Shown here: piece by piece, positions 58,345 through 64,000 of the stretch
How positions within the stretch are numbered: position 1 is the first letter of the stretch
Layout: the number at the start of each line of letters is the position of its first letter
From: an uncultured Candidatus Rokubacteria bacterium
GTDB taxonomy: Bacteria > Methylomirabilota > Methylomirabilia > Rokubacteriales > CSP1-6
Length of the DNA: 64,000 bases
Reading direction: 5' to 3'
Assembly (NCBI GenBank): GCA_963827505.1
Contig: CAWHBD010000001.1
Span: 2,731,006 to 2,795,005 of the forward strand
Made by a program: the position numbers and the translations under genes
The notes under the pieces: model-generated
Told to the model about the DNA's origin: nothing
What the model saw: the letters and a program-made list of their open reading frames with translations, nothing else
Databases searched by the model: none

Positions 58345-58944
58345 CTACACCCGGGGCAGGCGGTTGGGGGTCGCGGTCCCGGCCGAGAGGATGACCCGCA
58401 GCCCCTCCTCGACCGTGAGCCCCGTGAAGATCACGTCGCTGCGCGGCACCACCACCACGTCGCCCAGGTAGAGGTTGTTGGTCGGCACGAAAACCGTCAC
58501 CATCTCGCCCTTTCCCACCGGCGACTCCAGCGTCAGCTCGCTGGTGACGAAGGCGAAGGCCCACGTGCCCTCCCGGGGGTGCTGGACGAGGACGACGGCC
58601 TTGAACGATCCCCGCCGCTCCGGCGAGAACGAATCGATCAGCATCTTGATCGAGGGATAGAGCAGGCGGAAGACCGGCACCCGGTACAGGAGCTTGTCGC
58701 CGAACGAGAGCACCCGGCGCCCCACCACGTTGCGGGCCACGATGCCCATGAGCAGGATGATCGCGACGGCCGTCAGGAAACCGAGACCCCACCCCGCCAC
58801 CGGCCGGCCCAGCATGCGTCCGTAGATCGGCGCGAATCGGTCGTCGATCCAGCTCCAGAAGATCCACAGGATCCAGGAGGTGGCGATGGCCGGAAGCGTC
58901 ACGAAGATCCCGGCGATGAAGCGAACCTTCAGCCAGTTCTTCAT
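58345..58944 (-). CDS. DUF502 family membrane protein
   Basis: FIAGIFVTLP, VFVPTNN, LSAG. Confidence 0.85.
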   Translation of the reverse strand: MKNWLKVRFIAGIFVTLPAIATSWILWIFWSWIDDRFAPIYGRMLGRPVAGWGLGFLTAVAIILLMGIVARNVVGRRVLSFGDKLLYRVPVFRLLYPSIKMLIDSFSPERRGSFKAVVLVQHPREGTWAFAFVTSELTLESPVGKGEMVTVFVPTNNLYLGDVVVVPRSDVIFTGLTVEEGLRVILSAGTATPNRLPRV

Positions 58945-59096
58945 CGTGCGCGATCACTCATGCCGATGCGATCATGACACCGCTCCACCTCAATCGCAAA
59001 ACCCCCAACACCACGCCGAGGGTTCCTGAGCAAGAACGCCCGCTCGCAAAGCGATAGAAGGCAGGGAGGAGCGCAACCCTAGCCGCGCGACGACCG

Positions 59097-59123
59097 TCGG
59101 AAGGGGGCTCAGCCCCCCTCCGA
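59097..59123. repeat. GC-rich hairpin right after the pepM stop (terminator/REP-like)
   Basis: TCGGAAGGGGGCT-C-AGCCCCCCTCCGA. Confidence 0.55.
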
Positions 59124-59125
59124 GC

Positions 59126-60727
59126 TCAGATTGCCGACGCGTCGATCAGATCCGTGAGGTTGTTGACGTTGACCCAGCCGCCCCGCGTGTAGACGACGGT
59201 CACGGGCCGGCCCCTGGCCAGCACGCGGGCGAGCAGGTCGGTGAGTCGCGCGCTCGCCAGCGTGCCGTCGACGCGCGCCTCGGCGATGGCCTCGCGCAGC
59301 CAGGCGGCGCCGGTGCCACCCAGGTGGAGCAGGCCGATCCAGCCTCCGTGGCTGTCCTCGGCGCTCACGGCCTCGCCGACGGCGTCGAGCTGCACGGGCT
59401 CGAAGCTGAAGCGCCCAGCATCAGGCCGGCTGCCGCGCACGCGGTCGGCGACCGCCTGGCCGGCCAGGGCGCTGTCGACCGACAGCGTGATCCCCTCCCC
59501 CGCCTCCTCCAGCAGCGCCTGCACGATGTGCCGCTTGAGCACGATGTCGCCGAACGCGAGCAGCGTGCCGGGCCCCAGCGCGGTCTCGGCCAAGGCCAGC
59601 GAGTAGGCCTCGCTGGTCGTCGCGAAATCCGGGTTGTCGACGAAGCGGGCGCCGGCCATCTGCACGGCCTCGCCCCGGTAGCCGCGCACCACGGTGACCG
59701 CGCGGCAGCCGAAGTGGCCGAGGTCGTCGAGCAGCCGGGCCAGGATCGGCCGGCCCTGCACCTTGAGCATGGCCTTGGGCACCGCCGCCGTGAGGCCGCC
59801 GAAGTCGGCCCCGGCGCCGGCAGCCAGGATCACCGCCGACAGCGTGTCCTCGCGGGCGGCCGGCAGGTAGCGGCGCTCGGCCTGCTCCAGCTCCTCGTCA
59901 CCCTGCAGCCGGAACACCTCGGGCAGCGGCGCCACCTGGGGCTCGACGTCGATGAGCGACTGGTCGGTGTGCAGGCGCCGGGCCGTGGCCTGCATGGCCG
60001 AGATGGCCGCCCGCAGCAGGTGGTTGGCCCACACGACCACGCTGACGCCGCGGGCGCGGTACTCCGCCGTCGGCGTGCGCCAGTACTTGGTCGGCACCAG
60101 CACCACCGGCGCCCGGTTGGCCCAGGCGTCGAGGAACGCGATGATCTCGGCCGCGCTCGACTGGCGGCTGTGGATCAGGATCGCGTCGGCGCCGGCCAGG
60201 TGGTAGGCCTCCGCCCGCCGGATCGCCTCGGCCAGCCCCCAGCCGGCGATCAGCGCCTCGACGCGGGCCACGAGGACGAAGTCGGAGTCGGCCTGGCTGT
60301 CCTTGCCGGCCTTGATCTTGCCGCAGAACTCCTCGACGTCGGCCAGCGGCTGCTGCTCGGAGCGCAGGAACGAGTTCGTCTTCGGGAAGAGCTTGTCCTC
60401 GATGGTGACGCCGGCCACGCCGGCCTGCTCCAGCTTGCGCACGAGGCGGCGCATGTTGTTGAAGTTGCCGTAGCCGGTGTCGCCGTCGACCAGCACCGGC
60501 ACCGCGGCGGCGTCGGCCATGAAGCCGACGTGGTCCACCACCTGCGACCAGGACAGCTCGTTGTTGTCGCGGACGCCGAACGAGGCCGACGTCGTGAGGC
60601 CGCTGGCCCACACGGCCTCGAAGCCGGCCTCGGCGGCGATACGGGCCGAGATGCCGTCGTGAGCCTCCATCAGGAACGCGATCTCGGGCCGGCTCACCAG
60701 TCGCCGTAGCTGGGTCGTGCGCTTCAC
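59126..60727 (-). CDS. pepM: Phosphoenolpyruvate mutase fused to an NTP-transferase domain
   Basis: PepM signature [26 protein letters not shown]; C-domain VILAAG...PKAML. Confidence 0.93.
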   Translation of the reverse strand: MKRTTQLRRLVSRPEIAFLMEAHDGISARIAAEAGFEAVWASGLTTSASFGVRDNNELSWSQVVDHVGFMADAAAVPVLVDGDTGYGNFNNMRRLVRKLEQAGVAGVTIEDKLFPKTNSFLRSEQQPLADVEEFCGKIKAGKDSQADSDFVLVARVEALIAGWGLAEAIRRAEAYHLAGADAILIHSRQSSAAEIIAFLDAWANRAPVVLVPTKYWRTPTAEYRARGVSVVVWANHLLRAAISAMQATARRLHTDQSLIDVEPQVAPLPEVFRLQGDEELEQAERRYLPAAREDTLSAVILAAGAGADFGGLTAAVPKAMLKVQGRPILARLLDDLGHFGCRAVTVVRGYRGEAVQMAGARFVDNPDFATTSEAYSLALAETALGPGTLLAFGDIVLKRHIVQALLEEAGEGITLSVDSALAGQAVADRVRGSRPDAGRFSFEPVQLDAVGEAVSAEDSHGGWIGLLHLGGTGAAWLREAIAEARVDGTLASARLTDLLARVLARGRPVTVVYTRGGWVNVNNLTDLIDASAI

Positions 60728-60729
60728 CG

Positions 60730-61878
60730 TCAGCCTCCGAGCACGGCCGCCCGGAATCGATCCCGGAGAACGGCCGGCGTGTAGGGGATGCGCGGGACGT
60801 CCGCCTCCTCGGCGGTGACCTTGACGAGCACGAAGTGGGGACCGTCGGCGCCGAACGCGGCCCGCAGTGCCGACTCCAGCGCCCACGGCTCGGTCACCGC
60901 CACCGCGGTGGCGAAGCCGGCGGCGGCGGCCACACGGTCGAGGCGCACACCCCGCGAGAGCGAGGCCTGGTTGCCGGTGGAGCCGTAGACCTCGTTGTCG
61001 AAGACGAGGTGGACGAAGTTGGCGGGCCGCCGGTCGGCGATCATGGCCAGGATGCCGAGGTTCATCAGCAGATTGCCGTCGCCGTCGAAGACCACCGCGC
61101 GACGGTCGGGCCGCGTCAGGGCCAGGCCGAGGCCAATGGCCGGGGCCAGTCCCATCGAGCCGATCATGTAGAAGCTCTGGGGGCGGTCGGCCAGCGAGAA
61201 GCTCTCGCGGCAGATGTAGCCGTTGGCGTGAGCGATCGGATCGTCGCCGGCGGCCTTGAGCGCGATGCCGAGCGCGGTGAGCCGCGGCATCGTCGCCGGC
61301 GGCAGCAGCCCGTCGGGCGCGGGTGGCGCCGCCACCGGGGTGACGGCGGCGGCCGTGCGGGCGGCCGCACCGCCGTGAACGGCGCCCGTCTCGACGACCT
61401 TCGGCGGCACCAGGAGCGCGACGGGCGAGTGGCGCGCGTTCATCTCGGCGGCGGCCCAGGCCAGGTCAGCGTCGAGCGAGTCGACGGCGAGCACGCGATG
61501 GGGCACGCCCAGCAGCTCGAGAAGCCTCGGTGAGATCTCGCCGGTGAGGATGTGCTCGGGCGCGTCCTTGCCGCCGAAGCCGCGCCACGTCACGATCAGG
61601 AGCGCCGGGAGGCCGTACATGAGTGAGAGCGACGCCAGCGCGTTGAGGCTGGTGCCAAGCCCGGAGTTCTGCATCAGCACCACCGGCCGCCGGCCTCCGA
61701 ACCAGGCGCCGGCCGCCACCCCGACCGCGGCGTCCTCGCGCACGGCCGCCACGTAGGGGGCACGGGTGCCGCGCTCCAGCACGGCGATGAGGTCCTCGAT
61801 CAGCGAGCACGGCACCCCCGTGAAGAAGTCGAAGCCGTGGCGCTCGAGGCGGGCGGCGAAGTCGTGGCCGGAGATCAT
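60730..61878 (-). CDS. ppd: Phosphonopyruvate decarboxylase (fused alpha/beta, TPP-dependent)
   Basis: [35 protein letters not shown]...[11 protein letters not shown]; directly upstream of pepM. Confidence 0.85.
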   Translation of the reverse strand: MISGHDFAARLERHGFDFFTGVPCSLIEDLIAVLERGTRAPYVAAVREDAAVGVAAGAWFGGRRPVVLMQNSGLGTSLNALASLSLMYGLPALLIVTWRGFGGKDAPEHILTGEISPRLLELLGVPHRVLAVDSLDADLAWAAAEMNARHSPVALLVPPKVVETGAVHGGAAARTAAAVTPVAAPPAPDGLLPPATMPRLTALGIALKAAGDDPIAHANGYICRESFSLADRPQSFYMIGSMGLAPAIGLGLALTRPDRRAVVFDGDGNLLMNLGILAMIADRRPANFVHLVFDNEVYGSTGNQASLSRGVRLDRVAAAAGFATAVAVTEPWALESALRAAFGADGPHFVLVKVTAEEADVPRIPYTPAVLRDRFRAAVLGG

Positions 61879-61888
61879 CGCGGCCCGC

Positions 61889-62599
61889 TCAGGTCCGGGC
61901 GACGCGGCTGCCGCCCATCACGCGCAGGAAGTCGCCGAGGGCGGCGAAGCGCATGAACGGGTTCTGGCGCTTCTCGTCGCCGATCGTCGACGCCGCCCCG
62001 CCGTAGTTGTGGCCGGGGAAGAGGACGGTGTCGTCGGGCAGCGCGCCCAGACGCTGGGTGAGCGAGTAGTACATCTCGCTGGGATCGCTGCCCGGCAGGT
62101 CGGTGCGGCCGCACGAGCCGATGAACAGGGTGTCCCCCGAGATCAGCCGCCCGTCGACCAGGAAGCACTGCGAGCCCGGCGTGTGTCCAGGGGTGTGCAG
62201 GAAGGTCAGCCGCAGGCGACCAACCTCGAGCGTGTCGTGGTTGTCGACCTTCACGAGGTCGGAGCCGAGGCCGGGCAGGAACTCGCGCTCGGCCTTGTGC
62301 ACGTAGACCCGGGACGGCGCCCGGGCCAGCAGCTCCTCAACCCCGGGGATACGTCCCGGCATGCCCCACGAGGCCAGGCTACCCCCCACGTGGTCCTGGT
62401 GGGTGTGAGTCACCAGCGCCCCGATCAGCCTCATCCCGTCGGCGGCCACGGTGTCGACGATCGTGTCGATTTCCCAGGCGGGATCGACCACCACGCACTC
62501 ACGGGCGACGGGGTCTCCGACCAGGTAGACGAAGTTCTGCATGGGGCCCAGCTCGAGCTGCTTCAGGTAGATCGCGTCCGCGTCCGGCACGGGGGTCAT
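61889..62599 (-). CDS. MBL-fold hydrolase (glyoxalase II-like)
   Basis: THTHQDH, TPGHTPGS, SGDTLF, GRTDL, PGH. Confidence 0.85.
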   Translation of the reverse strand: MTPVPDADAIYLKQLELGPMQNFVYLVGDPVARECVVVDPAWEIDTIVDTVAADGMRLIGALVTHTHQDHVGGSLASWGMPGRIPGVEELLARAPSRVYVHKAEREFLPGLGSDLVKVDNHDTLEVGRLRLTFLHTPGHTPGSQCFLVDGRLISGDTLFIGSCGRTDLPGSDPSEMYYSLTQRLGALPDDTVLFPGHNYGGAASTIGDEKRQNPFMRFAALGDFLRVMGGSRVART

Positions 62600-62639
62600 G
62601 CTACCCCAGCCCCCGAGACTGCGCTACAATCCGAACTAC

Positions 62640-62653
62640 TGAACGGACGTTCA
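62640..62653. promoter_or_regulatory. Palindromic operator downstream of TACAAT (62625-62630)
   Basis: TGAACGGACGTTCA. Confidence 0.65.
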
Positions 62654-62690
62654 TTCATTCAGTAAGCGACCGAGCCAGAGGAGTCCGACG

Positions 62691-63689
62691 ATGTCCACGC
62701 CGATCAGCGGACAGCAAGCGGCCCGGCGAGTGTCCTACCAGCTCGAGACGCTGTGGGACTATGACTACGAGCCGACGCACGCGGAGCTCGACACCCTGTA
62801 CGAGACCGCCAAGAAGAACCAGTGGAACGGCTCCACCGCCATCGACTGGAGCCGGCCGATCGGCGCCGAGGGCCCGGTGTTGAACGTGCAGGTCGCCTTC
62901 GCCGGCACCAACTTCTTCAGCCGACTCACCCCCGAAGAGCAGAAGGAGGTCGAGGTCCGGGTGTCGGCCTGGCGGCTCAGCCAGTTCCTGCACGGCGAGC
63001 AGGGGGCGCTGGTGGTGTGCGGCCAGCTCGTCAACTCGATCCCCGAGCTGGACGCCAAGCTCTATGCCTCCACCCAGGTCGTGGACGAGGGGCGCCACGT
63101 CGAGGTCTTCGAGCGCTACGTCAAGAAGCTGCACGGCATCTACCCGGTCGACCCGCTGCTCAAGGCCGTGCTCGACGAGATCCTGGCCACGAACATGTGG
63201 GAGCTGAAGCTGCTGGGCATGCAGATGATCGTCGAGGGGCTCGCCATCGCCGCCTTCAACGTGATGCGCCGGCAGACGGCCGACCCCACCCTGGCCCAGC
63301 TCCTCGACTACGTGATGCAGGACGAGGGGCGCCACGTGAACTTCGGCTACTTCGCGCTGCGCCGCTCCATCCCCAACATGGAGGCGGCCAAGCGCGAGTA
63401 CCTCGAGGACTTCACCTTCAAGGTGTGCGACCTCATGTACGCGCGGGATGAGCGCACCGGCTTCCGCTCGATCCAGGACGTGTGGAACGAGATGGGCTGG
63501 GACGGCGAGAAGATCTGGCGGGACACCGTGAAGACCTCGCAAACCACGAAGGCGTTCAACAGCTTCCTGTTCCAGGAGAACCTGATGCCCCGCCTGGTCC
63601 GGCTGGGGATGATCTCCGAGCGGATCGCGCCTCGCTACCGTGAGATCGGCCTACTCCAGAGCCAGGAAGGCGTAGCCAACCGCCCGTAG
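62691..63689 (+). CDS. Ferritin-like diiron-carboxylate protein (AurF/desaturase-like)
   Basis: FLHGEQGAL, DEGRHVE, IVEGLA, DEGRHVNFG: two EXXH motifs. Confidence 0.82.
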   Translation: MSTPISGQQAARRVSYQLETLWDYDYEPTHAELDTLYETAKKNQWNGSTAIDWSRPIGAEGPVLNVQVAFAGTNFFSRLTPEEQKEVEVRVSAWRLSQFLHGEQGALVVCGQLVNSIPELDAKLYASTQVVDEGRHVEVFERYVKKLHGIYPVDPLLKAVLDEILATNMWELKLLGMQMIVEGLAIAAFNVMRRQTADPTLAQLLDYVMQDEGRHVNFGYFALRRSIPNMEAAKREYLEDFTFKVCDLMYARDERTGFRSIQDVWNEMGWDGEKIWRDTVKTSQTTKAFNSFLFQENLMPRLVRLGMISERIAPRYREIGLLQSQEGVANRP

Positions 63690-63884
63690 ATCCTGCTCCA
63701 CGGTGGTCCGGGTCCGGCGCTCGACGCCGCGGCGCTCCGAGGTGGAGCCGTTGGCACGGCCGCGGCGCTCTCCCCGCCGGCGGTCCCAGATGATCTCGAC
63801 GGTATCGGCGTCAGCGAAGGTCTGACTGAGGTAGCGAAACAGGTCAGCCCGATCTCGGGCCACGATGAAGAGCTCACGGGCCAT
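63651..63884 (-). CDS. Small Arg-rich hypothetical protein (77 aa)
   Basis: ATG start, protein-like N-terminus LFIVARDRADLFRYL, and a DRRRGERR...ERRGVERR segment. 3' end overlaps the diiron gene. Confidence 0.65.
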   Translation of the reverse strand: MARELFIVARDRADLFRYLSQTFADADTVEIIWDRRRGERRGRANGSTSERRGVERRTRTTVEQDLRAVGYAFLALE

Positions 63885-63906
63885 CGGGACCCGAATTTAC
63901 ATCAGT

Positions 63907-64000
63907 TCACCCCTTAAAGTCGTCTGGTACTTTTGGTGTCGGGCCCAGCGTGCGGCTCTCCACGCTGAAGACCGTCGGCTGGGCCTTGGTCCGGATGTAG
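63907..64000 (-). CDS. 3' end of a gene entering from beyond the window
   Basis: Reads YIRTKAQPTVFSVESRTLGPTPKVPDDFKG-stop; weakly reminiscent of DUF4340 C-termini. Confidence 0.4.
   Translation of the reverse strand, partial: YIRTKAQPTVFSVESRTLGPTPKVPDDFKG

Overview
High-GC (about 70% by eye) chromosomal segment from a diderm bacterium. It has a complete tol-pal operon, thyX, and many signalling and redox genes; gene content and style suggest Candidatus Rokubacteria/Methylomirabilota, which is inference only. I found no integrase, transposase, prophage or CRISPR array. In order, the window holds: a periplasmic-binding-protein/hybrid kinase pair, tRNA(CAU), a poly-acidic ORF, a PerR-rubrerythrin-FeS oxidoreductase-DUF3501-cytochrome c operon, a sigma-54 activator next to a sigma-54 promoter, a UvrA paralog, a thiolase/DUF35 pair, a UGSC selenoprotein hidden by an in-frame TGA, a MoxR-VWA pair, a collagen-like protein, SodC, citrate synthase with a divergent HTH gene, a His-rich GldAFG/DUF4340-like/HupE-UreJ operon, a secreted lactonase, a degenerate DHOD-like protein, an MlaC-SPOR fusion, tol-pal, a pepM-ppd phosphonate pair and a diiron ferritin-like protein. 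Several genes carry clustered frameshifts (about 12.8 kb, 23.9-27.0 kb and 39.9-41.2 kb), probably sequencing indels. The best candidates for undescribed biology are the His-rich Gld/HupE metal-handling operon, a shared TGAAYG-N2-CGTTCA operator linking moxR-vwa to the diiron gene, the Sec-recoded UGSC module and the sigma-54-driven pair of unknown ORFs.
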